64,000 nt of DNA from positions 24,118,001 to 24,182,000 of the forward strand of contig CM022671.1 in assembly GCA_012295275.1 (NCBI GenBank), read 5' to 3'. The notes under the pieces are model-generated. The model was not told where the DNA came from and made no database searches. It was given only the letters and a program-made list of their open reading frames with translations. A program made the position numbers and the translations under genes. How positions within the stretch are numbered: position 1 is the first letter of the stretch; every line of letters starts with the position of its first letter. This document shows, in pieces, positions 1-12,321 of this stretch. The stretch is from Chrysomallon squamiferum (Eukaryota; Animalia; Mollusca).

Positions 1-2639
1 TAACAATCGAATTCTAAGTTTAACATTAATATATTTTCAGTATAGTTTGTTTATATAAATATCAGAGGTTTGGATCCAAGTTTATTTACTTATTTCTGCC
101 TTGTTAGAGAAATCTGTAGTAAATGGATTTATCTCAGTGTAATAAGTGTTTGATATCTATATATTAGAAATAATTATTGTGCGTTATTAAAGGGGGAAAA
201 CAATTAACAAACGGTAACGAAACATTTATCTCTCTCATTTTTTCCCTCTCTCTTTCTTTTACTGCAATTTATTTCACAATTTTTCATTTCATTGTCCGTC
301 TTCTTTAATGTCTTTCTTTTTCTCTCTCTGTTTGTCATTCTGTATCTCTGACTTCACTCTGCTTTATTCTTTGTCTGTCTTTCTGAATCTCTATTTCTTT
401 CTTTTTCTCCTTTTTCACTCCGTGTGATGTTGGTTGTTTTTACATCTATTTCGCTGTTTCTCGTAGTTATTTACTATTGTGACGGCTACAAAACGATATT
501 TAAAACGTACATATATAAACAAAACATTCATAAATCTTTAAATATGTGAAATGAAGAAGAACCAGACCGTTATTTCTTCTGAACAAATGACAGGACGACC
601 TTACAGAGAACTGACACACTTGAATAAATACTATACATTCTATTTAATTTTATGAACGATGCTTGTATTTTATTACTTCATCTACATTTTATGTGTGCAT
701 TCATGTTATGTACTGCTATATGTATGTATGCAAGTATATTTGTCTCTTTTCATGTATACATGTGTCTATGTGCGTAGATATGTATGTATGTACGTTTGCA
801 TGCATGTGTGTTAGGATGTAGATACTTTTCTTTTATGTACCTTTTTATTTTCAGTGCGGCCTTTTATTTATGTTCCTGTGTCTGGATGTGCGTGTTTGTG
901 ATATGAATCCAATTGTAAAGTGTTTGTGCATGTCTGTGTGATGTGTTTGTATGTATATATATATAATTTAAATATATTATATATATAAAAAAACTTATAT
1001 ATATATAGTTAGATAGATAGATAGACAGATATATAGACAGATTTAATGTTTTAAATTTGGGCAAACTCTAGACTGGCTTTTCTGTCTAGTTATAAATATA
1101 CATATTCAAGCTGTACCTGATCTTCTTAATGTGTAAGTCAATATATAAATAAAAGTGTTTGCAGGCCTGCTGGCTTTAACAATGACAGGAGGAACAGAAT
1201 TAGTTTTCTGTTTTGTTTATTATCAATAATCTCGCTTAGATTTCAAAGTAGAAACAATTGTGTACATCCTATATTTATATACACTAGTGAATACATAACA
1301 GTGACAATTTTCGTGTGTCAGATGACAGAACAACGTGCAGAAAAAGCAGGAATAACTGATAAACCAGAGGCTCTTACAGTGTGGTATCCGATACAAATAA
1401 AAAAGACCAGCAATTAATAACTATAACACAGAACGAAAATCAGTAAGAGCAATTAGTCACAATAATTTGTTAGTCTAGTATTTCATCAAGACTTTTAAAA
1501 ACAGTCAGAATTAGTTTAATCAGGTGCCTGATCAGAATGAATAATGCCAAAAACAAAACAAAAAAATATTACTGATGTCTAATGTCAGAATGTAATAATT
1601 TATAATCTATTAAATTTCTATTTTGTAACAAGTCTGCCAATTCCAACCGCATGCTCGTTAACTAGATTTCATTTAAAATTAAATTGTCTATGTAATCGTT
1701 TGTCACTTTTTATATCAATATTTCCAACAGATTTATGCATACATACACAAACATAAACATACATACACACACATACACACACAGACTCACATTTTATCAT
1801 CAACAGCAAATAAGAACTTCATTCTTTTCACTTCGTACATAATTTAAATTAAACTATCTGAATCCGTTTGTCATTTGTTTTGTTTATTCATGCATGCAAA
1901 ATATATATGCTATAATGAATAATGTAATGATTTTTATCGATTCCAACCAGTCACGAGTTAGCTTTATTTCACTGTAAATTGAACTATTTGAAATCGATTG
2001 TAAATTCTCGTTTTGTTTTTTAAAATTTAATAATTGACCTCACATCAGTGTTTGTTGTGTATAAGAGAAACACACGCAGACACACCTTCTATGAATAAGG
2101 CATGCTCTGATATCATGCAAGAATCATAAAAAGAATGTGTTAATCTGGATAAGAAATCTATATACGTATGTATTGATGTATATGTTTTAATGTATGTAGT
2201 ATGTGTACATGTATGCATGTAGATATCTATGTGTCTGTTTTGTTGTGTGTCTGTGCGTTTGTGGATTTGGATTGTAATGTAGATTAGCATGATAATAAAA
2301 ATAATCAATTTGTATTGTGTGTAGTTGTCAAGGTTGCAAGATGTAAACTGTTATCATGGGCTAGGACATAAAGACATCTTGATGCATGATTTCAGGAATT
2401 AGTAATTAAAACTTAGATATTAATTATTCTTATGATAATTCCGTTATCCACTAGATAAACAACAACAAAGAGTTCAGCTTTACTTATTTATTAACTGCTT
2501 CACAAACACATTTGTAATTATACAAACATAAATATAAGACTACTAAATTATCTAAGTTATCGAACTGGTAACAATGGGATGGGTCGGTGGAGAATCACAT
2601 AATAATAATGTTGATATAAATTTTAAGTTGTGCTATATA

Positions 2640-3119
2640 TATATTAAACAAATATGCTGTTAATGACACTTACCATACCGCATCAAAACAAATGTTTTGT
2701 AATTATGGAAAAGGAACTACAGCTATGTTATCTTCACAAAAGTTATAAAAGGGATGGATCAAGGGAGAATCAAGGTAATAATGTTGATATAAATTTCATT
2801 TTACGTTATATATATCTACACACACTCAAACAGATATTAAATAAATACGCCGTTAAACGAATTGATATTTTAAACAAATACTGCATGAAAACACATATGA
2901 AAAGTATCATATAAAATTCTGTTACAAACACTTTATCACAGCACAACTCAAGTTTCAGTGATTGTGCCCGGTGACCTCTATGCGCTGAGAAGGGAACCAC
3001 AATAGACAAGCTTGAGACTGAGTTTCTTTCTGAAAATGAAACTGACTATAACTTGACAGTGAATTAACGTAACTCAAAAATATGAAAGCGTCTTTAAAGT
3101 TAATGCTCATATAATAAGT

Positions 3120-3154
<35 letters not shown>

Positions 3155-3570
3155 CAAATAAGCTGTTAATGAAACCTACCATATTGGAAAATTACCGCAC
3201 AAAACAAATGTATGTAATTATGCAAAAGCAACTACAGCTGTATTATCTACACAGCAGTTAAAAACGAGATGGATCAAGGGAGAATCAAGGTAATAATGTT
3301 CAGATGAATTTCATGTTACGTTTAGTATATATATTAAACAAACACTACATCAAAACAGATATGAAAAGTATCATATCAAATTCTGCTACAAACATTTTAT
3401 CATAGCACGACTCAAGTTTTAGTGATTGTTCCCGGTGACCTCTGTGCGCGTGAAAAGGGAACCTCAATAGAATAGTTTGAGTTTGAGTTTCTTTCTGAAA
3501 ATGAAACTGACGATAACTTGACCATGAGATAACTTAACTCAGAAATATGAAAGCTGTCTCTAAAGTTCGT
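2640..3570. repeat. ~460-bp sub-repeat, 2 copies (also 2 copies at ~9295-10230)
   Basis: The GC-rich core 'cccggtgacctct..gcg.tga.aagggaacc' occurs at 2967, 3431, 9634 and 10095, with surrounding homology. Confidence 0.85.
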
Positions 3571-3974
3571 CATTGCTCATTTTCGCGTAAAAGGATATTA
3601 CGAATTGTTAATCAGAACTGTCATTATTTACTTACAGGCAATTTATTTACCTACTGTAATTATTAATACATTTCTTTTTTAGCAATTGTCGTTTGAATAT
3701 ATTTTCTCTATTTTATTAATAGAGAGTACATAATCTCAAGATTATATAGTATATAAAAATTATTACGTTAATATGATTCATTATCTGTAATTATTATAGA
3801 AAAAAAGAAATGTACCTACAGTTTCGTAGATATCTGGGTTTCCTGCTAAAGTCGAAATATTGTTTCCTCGCCAGATAAAATAAAAGTAGTTTATCATCAT
3901 TAGTGAAATTTCTTATTAACATGTTTATTACACATGATGTTTCTTATTCACAAGATTTTCTGGACGATGGATCC

Positions 3975-5616
3975 TCAGCACATATCAGATCCATAGTAAT
4001 TCCACTCATCAGTGTTTTCCTTCGTATCACTGAATAAAGGGTTAATTAGAAGCTCGCATTCTTGTGTCTTGAGTTTGAAATTGAACGCTAAACATCCCGA
4101 TTTCTGCAGACAATAAAAGCCGCACTGAGAAGGAGATTTCGTAGAAGTGTGGATCTCAGAATTCTTATTTATCAGTCGAGATGCTGTTGTACGAGGAAAG
4201 GTTAGAGACGCGTCACATCCTGAAATAAATACAAAAAATATTAAATAAATAGAAACGTGGTTGATTCTATAACATTACCACTGCTACTGCTGCCAGTAGT
4301 CGTGTTATATTACTACTACAACTTGTACTACTAGTACTACTATTCTAATAATAATTAAAGAAAAGCACGCGAAGAAGAAGACGAAAAAGAGGAATAAGAA
4401 CAAGTAGAAGAAAAAGAAGGCGAAGGAAAAGAAGAAGAAGAAATAATGTCATCTTACACTATTATTACATTTACTACAACTCCAAATTTTAATACTATTT
4501 CTATTAATATTGTTTCTACTGTTATCACTTTTGTAACCAATACTACTACTGTCACTACTGTTATTAAAGCAATATGTTATATATACAAACCAGTTTCAAT
4601 TTCACCATAGACCTTTACTTCGCACAGTGTTAGCGCATCAGAGCCATCAATGAGCTTCCATTTACTGATACGAACGAAACGACCTGGTACATTACGGCTG
4701 CAGTGAAATGTTCTGGTCTCAGCTTTGCCGAGGCTGGGTCCCGTGTAGTTGAAACACACTTCAGAAACTGCAGTAGGACAGCGTTGTGGGTTTTGTGAAA
4801 ATATTTCAATAACAAAACTGTGAAGTCTCTGCCCTATAATAATATACAGAACAACAGGAACACGTTAACTGAATAATACTACTGCTACTACTACTAATAA
4901 TATGGATTTGTTTTGATAAGTGTAAATAATATCTCCAACATAAGTCAAAATTGATGAAATAATTTTTCCTCTGTTAGATTTTATGTGTTAGAAAAAACAA
5001 AAACTAGTCCCAGGATTAATGCTGAAATTTATTCGTAAAAGGATTGTATGCTTTCATAGACATTCAATTGTTTCGTTTATTAATTCATTCATTTGTTATA
5101 TACCGAAGACTAAATAAAAAATAAAAACTTGAAAAGATATTAAAGGTTATCTTCTAACAGTCTGAATCCCCTCTGTTGGTTATTTCAACAGCAGTGATTA
5201 GAAATTTTGACTGTAGATCAACCATCCACCACGGTGCCATGTCGTTGACGTCAGTGTGACTGCATCTGTCATAAATCAGATGCGCTTTCATGTTTCCGTC
5301 AACAGCATACTGGGAATAGAAGTATTTATAGTCGCTGCTTTGTGTTGTAGGTTTCATCAAGGCAAGGTTCTGATCTGTCTCGCCTGAAAGATGAAAAGGT
5401 GCCATAAATACATGATACCTAGAGTTTATGAATATATCAAACATTAAGGAAGGAAGAAAGGAAGGAGAGAGAGAGAGAGTGAGAGAAATTTGACTATTTC
5501 TCAGAAAACTGTTGCAGTGAAATGTCAAAGGAATATTTTTATTAACTTACCAACAATAACCATAGTCATTGTGAAGAAAACATTCCACAGATACTAAAAG
5601 ATCTGGAATTTTTCAT
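3975..5616 (-). CDS. A1: F-type lectin (FTLD)-PAN/apple gene; exon 1 frameshifted as read (pseudogene, leaderless variant, or homopolymer error). Exons 5551-5616, 5159-5383, 4591-4833, 3975-4219
   Basis: Exons 2-4 are open with GT-AG phase-1 junctions. Exon 2 reads QNLALMKP..AVDGN..CSHT..PWWMVDL..NRGDSD, exon 3 reads W-QRL..GRFVRI..LTLCEVKVYG (fucolectin hallmarks), and exon 4 reads C..QCGFYCLQKSGCLAFNF..CEL..WNYYGSDMC* (PAN). Exon 1 is 66 nt versus 67 nt in A2/A3, giving a TGA at 5566-5568. Confidence 0.8.
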
Positions 5617-5661
5617 AGTTCTTGCGAAAATGGTTTAGTCTTCGCAGCGACAGAAATCTAT

Positions 5662-5827
5662 CTATGAGACAGCAACAGAAAAGAAACAGTTACTAAAATC
5701 CTGTTTTGTCTTTATTTATTGATTTGACCATCTATTTAAATTTTCATTTATTCTCCTGGGAATGTATTATCATATATATATATATATATATATAATTATA
5801 AATTATGAAGAGAGTTGTTTGACTTAC
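5662..5827 (-). other. Probable 5'-UTR intron of A genes (non-coding first exon beyond 5827)
   Basis: Donor GTAAGTC in A1, A3 and A4, and GTCAGTC in A2. A pyrimidine-rich TAG/CAG acceptor is kept ~40-45 nt upstream of the ATG in each unit. Confidence 0.45.
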
Positions 5828-8800
5828 TTTTTTAGTTGGAGGGCTTACTGTGTATAAAAACATTTAGCTATTTAATGGATGGTTGGTTTCTGTCACAAAC
5901 ATGTCACAGTAAAATAAAAATAAGAAATCGAGAAATACTGATTTAATAACATTTAGGGTAGAAGTTGAACAGGTATCAAAATACCCCGTACCTAACAGTC
6001 AAAGATAAGGTGACACAGTCGGTCACCTGGTACTCTTTTAGCTTCCATTTAAAGCATGTCTTCCCGTCTCAGAAGCTAATAAACAGAGATGTGAGTTTGT
6101 TCATTCATTTTTCTGTTTTCATAATGTCTTTAGTGTTTAATTATTATAATTATTATTAGTACTAAAAATACAGATATTTGATTTATTCTCGTACTAATTA
6201 TTGTACCTTTAGTCATTTCAAAACAGACTGGAATTCACTCAGTTGTCTGATTCTGAAAATTGATATTCTTATCCAAAATATTCTGTTTCTTCTTCTTCTT
6301 TCTTTCTTGTTATTTCAAAGCTCTTTAGGCGATGAAAGTAAAACGGTTCTGTGTTCTGATATTCAGAGTATTTGTAATTTTCGTATTTGTACAATATATT
6401 CTGCAAAAGGAGCCAGAATTTCTGGAAGGTGGATGTGACATCACCGGTGTTCATTGGTCGGAGATGACATTTTTCAACATAAAATTTAAAACTGGAAATA
6501 CCATTTACTTGTAATTTTGTACCTTGTAAACTTTAATTATTGTGTGGTATGTTTTAGTTTATTTTTTATGTTTCAAAATCATTTTAGGAAATTATTGTTT
6601 TCTTTATTGAATAAGTGTTTCTCTTACTTCTTTTTCCTCTATAACAATCGAATTCTAAGTTTAACATTAATACATTTTCAATATAGTTTGTTTATATAAA
6701 TATCAGAGTTGCAGATCCAAGTTTATTTACTTATTTCTGCCTTGTTAGAGAAATCTGTAGTAAATGGATTTATCTCAGTGTAATAAGTGTTTGATATCTA
6801 TATATTAGAAATAATTATTGTGCGTTATTAAAGGGGGAAAACAATTAACAAACGGTAACGAAACATTTATCTCTCTCATTTTTTCCCTCTCTCTTTCTTT
6901 TACTGCAATTTATTACACAATTTTTCATTTCATTGTCCGTCTTCTTTAATGTCTTTCTTTTTCTCTCTCTGTTTCTCATTCTGTATCTCTGACTTCACTC
7001 TGCTTTATTCTTTGTCTGTCTTTCTGAATCTCTATTTCTTTCTTTTTCTCCTTTTTCACTCCGTGTGATGTTGGTTGTTTTTACATCTATTTCGCTGTTT
7101 CTCGTAGTTATTTACTATTGTGACGGCTACAAAACGATATTTAAAACGTACATATATAAACAAAACATTCATAAATCTTTAAATATGTGAAATGAAGAAG
7201 AACCGGACCGTTATTTCTTCTGAACAAATGACAGGACGACCTTACAGAGAACTGACACACTCGAATAAATACTATACATTCTATTTAATTTTATGAACGA
7301 TGCTTGTATTTTATTACTTCATCTACATTTTATGTGTGCATTCATGTTATGTACTGTTATATGTATGTATGCAAGTATATTTGTCTCTTTTCATGTATAC
7401 ATGTGTCTATGTGCGTAGATATGTATGTATGTACGTTTGCATGCATGTGTGTTAGGATGTAGATACTTTTCTTTTATGTACCTTTTTATTTTCAGTGCGG
7501 CCTTTTATTTATGTTCCTGTGTCTGGATGTGCGTGTTTGTGATATGAATCCAATTGTAAAGTGTTTGTGCGTGTCTGTGTGATGTGTTTGTATGTATATA
7601 TATAATTTAAATATATTATATATATAAAAAAACTTATATATATAGTTAGATAGAAAGATAGACAGATATATAGATAGATTTAATGTTTTAAATTTGGGCA
7701 AACTCTAGACTGGCTTTTCTGTCTAGTTATAAATATACATATTCAAGCTGTACCTGATCTTCTTAATGTGTAAGTCAATATATAAATAAAAGTGTTTGCA
7801 GGCCTGCTGGCTTTAACAATGACAGGAGGAACAGAATTAGTTTTCTGTTTTGTTTATTATCAATAATCTCGCTTAGATTTCAAAGTAAAAACAATTGTGT
7901 ACATCCTATATTTATATACACTAGTGAATACATAACAGTGACAATTTTCGTGTGTCAGATGACAGAACAACGTGCAGAAAAAGCAGGAATAACTGATAAA
8001 CCAGAGGCTCTTTCAGTGTGGTATCCGATACAAATAAAAAAGACCAGCAATTAATAACTACAACACAGAACGAAAATCAGTAAGAGCAATTAGTCACAAT
8101 AATTTGTTAGTCTAGTATTTCATCAAGACTTTTAAAAACAGTCAGAATTAGTTTAATCAGGTGCCTGATCAGAATGAATAATGCCAAAAACAAAACAAAA
8201 AAATATTACTGATGTCTAATGTCAGAATGTAATAATTTATAATCTATTAAATTTCTATTTTGTAACAAGTCTGCCAATTCCAACCGCATGCTCGTTAACT
8301 AGATTTCATTTAAAATTAAATTGTCTATGTAATCGTTTGTCACTTTTTATATCAATATTTCCAACAGATTTATGCATACATACACAAACATAAACATACA
8401 TACACACACATACACACACAGACTCACACATTTTATCATCAACAGCAAATAAGAACTTCATTCTTTTCACTTCGTACATAATTTAAATTAAACTATCTGA
8501 ATCCGTTTGTCATTTGTTTTGTTTATTCATGCATGCAAAATATATATGCTATAATGAATAATGTAATGATTTTTATCGTATCAGATCTATCGATTCCAAC
8601 CAGTCACGAGTTAGCTTTATTTCACTGTAAATTGAACTATTTGAAATCGATTGTAAATTCTCGTTTTATTTTTTAAAATTTAATAATTGACCTCACATCA
8701 GTGTTTGTTGTGTATAAGAGAAACACACGCAGACACACCTTCTATGAATAAGGCATGCTCTGATATCATGCAAGAATCATAAAAAGAATGTGTTAATCTG

Positions 8801-10630
8801 GATAAGAAATCTATATACGTATGTATTGATGTATATGTTTTAATGTATGTAGTATGTGTACATGTATGCATGTAGATATCTATGTGTCTGTTTTGTTGTG
8901 TGTCTGTGCGTTTGTGGATTTGGATTGTAATGTAGATTAACATGATAATAAAAATAATCAATTTTTATTGTGTGTAGTTGTCAAGGTTGCAGGATGTAAA
9001 CTGTTATCATGGGCTAGGACATAAAGACATCTTGATGCATGATTTCAGGAATTAGTAATTAAAACTTAGATATTAATTATTCTTATGATAATTCCGTTAT
9101 CCACTAGATAAACAACAACAAAGAGTTCAGCTTTACTTATTTATTAACTGCTTCACAAACACATTTGTAATTATACAAACATAAATATAAGACTACTAAA
9201 TTATCTAAGTTATCGAACTGGTAACAATGGGATGGGTCGGTGGAGAATCACATAATAATAATGTTGATATAAATTTTAAGTTATGCTATATATATATTAA
9301 ACAAATATGCTGTTAATGACACTTACCATACCGCATCAAAACAAATGTTTTGTAATTATGGAAAAGGAACTACAGCTATGTTATCTTCACAAAAGTTATA
9401 AAAGGGATGGATCAAGGGAGAATCAAGGTAATAATGTTGATATAAATTTCATTTTACGTTATATATATATATATATATATATCTACACACACTCAAACAG
9501 ATATTAAATAAATACGCCGTTAAACGAATTGATATTTTAAACAAATACTGCATGAAAACACATATGAAAAGTATCATATAAAATTCTGTTACAAACACTT
9601 TATCACAGCACAACTCAAGTTTCAGTGATTGTGCCCGGTGACCTCTATGCGCTAAGAAGGGAACCACAATAGACAAGCTTGAGACTGAGTTTCTTTCTGA
9701 AAATGAAACTGACTATAACTTGACAGTGAATTAACGTAACTCAAAAATATGAAAGCGTCTTTAAAGTTAATGCTCATATAATAAGTTGTGCTATATATAT
9801 ATATATATATATATATAACAAATAAGCTGTTAATGAAACCTACCATATTGGAAAATTACCGCACAAAACAAATGTATGTAATTATGCAAAAGCAACTACA
9901 GCTGTATTATCTACACAGCAGTTAAAAACGAGATGGATCAAGGGAGAATCAAGGTAATAATGTTCAGATGAATTTCATGTTACGTTTAGTATATATATTA
10001 AACAAACACTACATCAAAACAGATATGAAAAGTATCATATCAAATTCTGCTACAAACATTTTATCACAGCACGACTCAAGTTTTAGTGATTGTTCCCGGT
10101 GACCTCTGTGCGCGTGAAAAGGGAACCTCAATAGAATAGTTTGAGTTTGAGTTTCTTTCTGAAAATGAAACTGACGATAACTTGACCATGATAATAACTT
10201 AACTCAGAAATATGAAAGCTGTCTCTAAAGTTCGTCATTGCTCATTTTCGCGTAAAAGGATATTACAAATTGTTAATCAGAACTGTCATTATTTACTTAC
10301 AGGCAATTTATTTAATTATTAATACATTTGTTTTTTAGCAATTGTCGTTTGAATATATTTTCTCTATTTTATTAATAGAGAGTACATAATCTCAAGATTA
10401 TATAGTATATAAAAATTATTACGTTAATATGATTCATTATCTGTAATTATTATAGAAAAAAAGAAATGTACCTACAGTTTCGTAGATATCTGGGTTTCCT
10501 GCTAAAGTCGAAATATTGTTTCCTCGCCAGATAAAATAAAAGTAGTTTATCATCATTAGTGAAATTTCTTATTAACATGTTTATTACACATGATGTTTCT
10601 TATTCATAAGATTTTCTGGACGATGGATCC

Positions 10631-12106
10631 TCAGCACATATCAGATCCATAGTAATTCCACTCATCAGTGTTTTCCTTCGTATCACTGAATAAAGGGTTA
10701 ATTAGAAGCTCGCATTCTTGTGTCTTGAGTTTGAAATTGAACGCTAAACATCCCGATTTCTGCAGACAATAAAAGCCGCACTGAGAAGGAGATTTCGTAG
10801 AAGTGTGGATCTCAGAATTCTTAGTTATCAGTCGAGATGCTGTTGTACGAGGAAAGGTTAGAGACGCGTCACATCCTGAAATAAATACAAAAAATATTAA
10901 ATAAATAGAAACGTGGTTGATTCTATAACATTACCACTGCTACTGCTGCCAGTAGTCGTGTTATATTACTACTACAACTTGTACTACTATTCTAATAATA
11001 ATTAAAGAAAAGCACGCGAAGAAGAAGACGAAAAAGAGGAATAAGAACAAGTAGAAGAAAAAGAATGCGAAGGAAAAGAAGAAGAAGAAATAATGTCATC
11101 TAACACTATTATTACATTTACTACAACTCCAAATTTTAATACTATTTCTATTAATATTGTCTCTACTGTTATCACTTTTGTAACCAATACTACTACTGTC
11201 ACTACTGTTATTAAAGCAATATGTTATATATACACACCAGTTTCAATTTCACCATAGACCTTTACTTCGCACAGTGTTAGCGCATCAGAGCCATCACTGA
11301 GCTTCCATTTACTGATACGAACGAAACGACCTGGTACATTACGGCTACAGTTAAATCTTCTGGTCTCAGCTTTGCCGAGGCTGGGTCCCGTGTAGTTGAA
11401 ACACACTTCAGAAACTGCAGTAGGACAGCGTTGTGGGTTTTGTGAAAATATTTCAATAACAAAACTGTGAAGTCTCTGCCCTATAATAAGATGCAGAAAA
11501 ATAGGAACACGTTAACTGAATACTGCTACTACTACTAGTAATAATAATATGGATTTGTTTTGTTAAGTGTAAATAATATCCCCATACATAAGTCAAAAGT
11601 TGATGAAATAATGTTTCCTCTATTAGATTTTATCTGTTAGAAAAAAACAAAAACTAGTCCCAGGATTAATGCTGAAATTTATTCGTAAAAGGATTGTATG
11701 CTTTCATAGACATTCAGTTGTTTCGTTTATTAATTCATTCATCTGTTATATACCGAAGACTAAATATAAAATAAAAACTTGAAAAGATATTAAAGGTTAT
11801 CTTCTAACAGTCTGAATCCCCTCTGTTGGTTATTTCAACAGCAGTGATTAGAAAATTTGACTGTAGATCAACCATCCACCAAGGTGTCATGTCGTTGACA
11901 TCAGTGTGACTGCATTTGTCAAGAACGAGATGTGCTTTCATGTTTCCGTCAACAGCATACTGGGAATAGAAGTCTTTATAGTCGCTGCTTTGTGCAGTAG
12001 GTTTCATCAAGGCAAGGTTCTGAACTACCTCGCCTGAAAGATAAAAAGGTGCCATAAATATATGATACCTAGAGTTAATGAAATATATTAAAATTTAAGA
12101 AAGGAA

Positions 12107-12198
<92 letters not shown>

Positions 12199-12321
12199 TA
12201 TTTTTTAGAAAACTGTTACAGAGAAATGTCAAAGGAATATTTTTATAAACTTACCAACAATAACCGTAGTCATTGTGAAGAAAAATATTCCACATATACT
12301 AAAAGATCTGGAATGTTTCAT
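10631..12321 (-). CDS. A2: secreted F-type lectin-PAN/apple protein, 259 aa. Exons 12255-12321, 11809-12033, 11238-11480, 10631-10875
   Basis: Exon sizes 67+225+243+245=780 nt, all open, with GT/AG sites. Leader MKHSRSFSICGIFFFTMTTVIVG, fucose motif H-X27-RGDSDWQR, LCEV end, six-Cys PAN exon. Confidence 0.9.
12111..12192. repeat. (GA)n microsatellite in A2 intron 1 (homologous tracts 19064-19147 and ~25514-25636; short in A1)
   Basis: Direct reading. Confidence 0.95.

Noticed and set aside
864-3182. Recurrent short ORFs in the A spacers (MPKFKT..., MIIFII..., MLLMTL..., MLKIDIL...)
   Set aside because: They recur only because the spacers are recent duplicates. They are low-complexity, frameshifted between units and have no domain signal.
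5154-5528. ORF-track proteins ending RGDSDC*, RGDAVCK*, RGKNKCE* taken as short complete lectins retaining a Cys
   Set aside because: The Cys codon is T|GT read through the conserved splice donor. The spliced codon is TGG (Trp), and the ORF N-termini are intron sequence.
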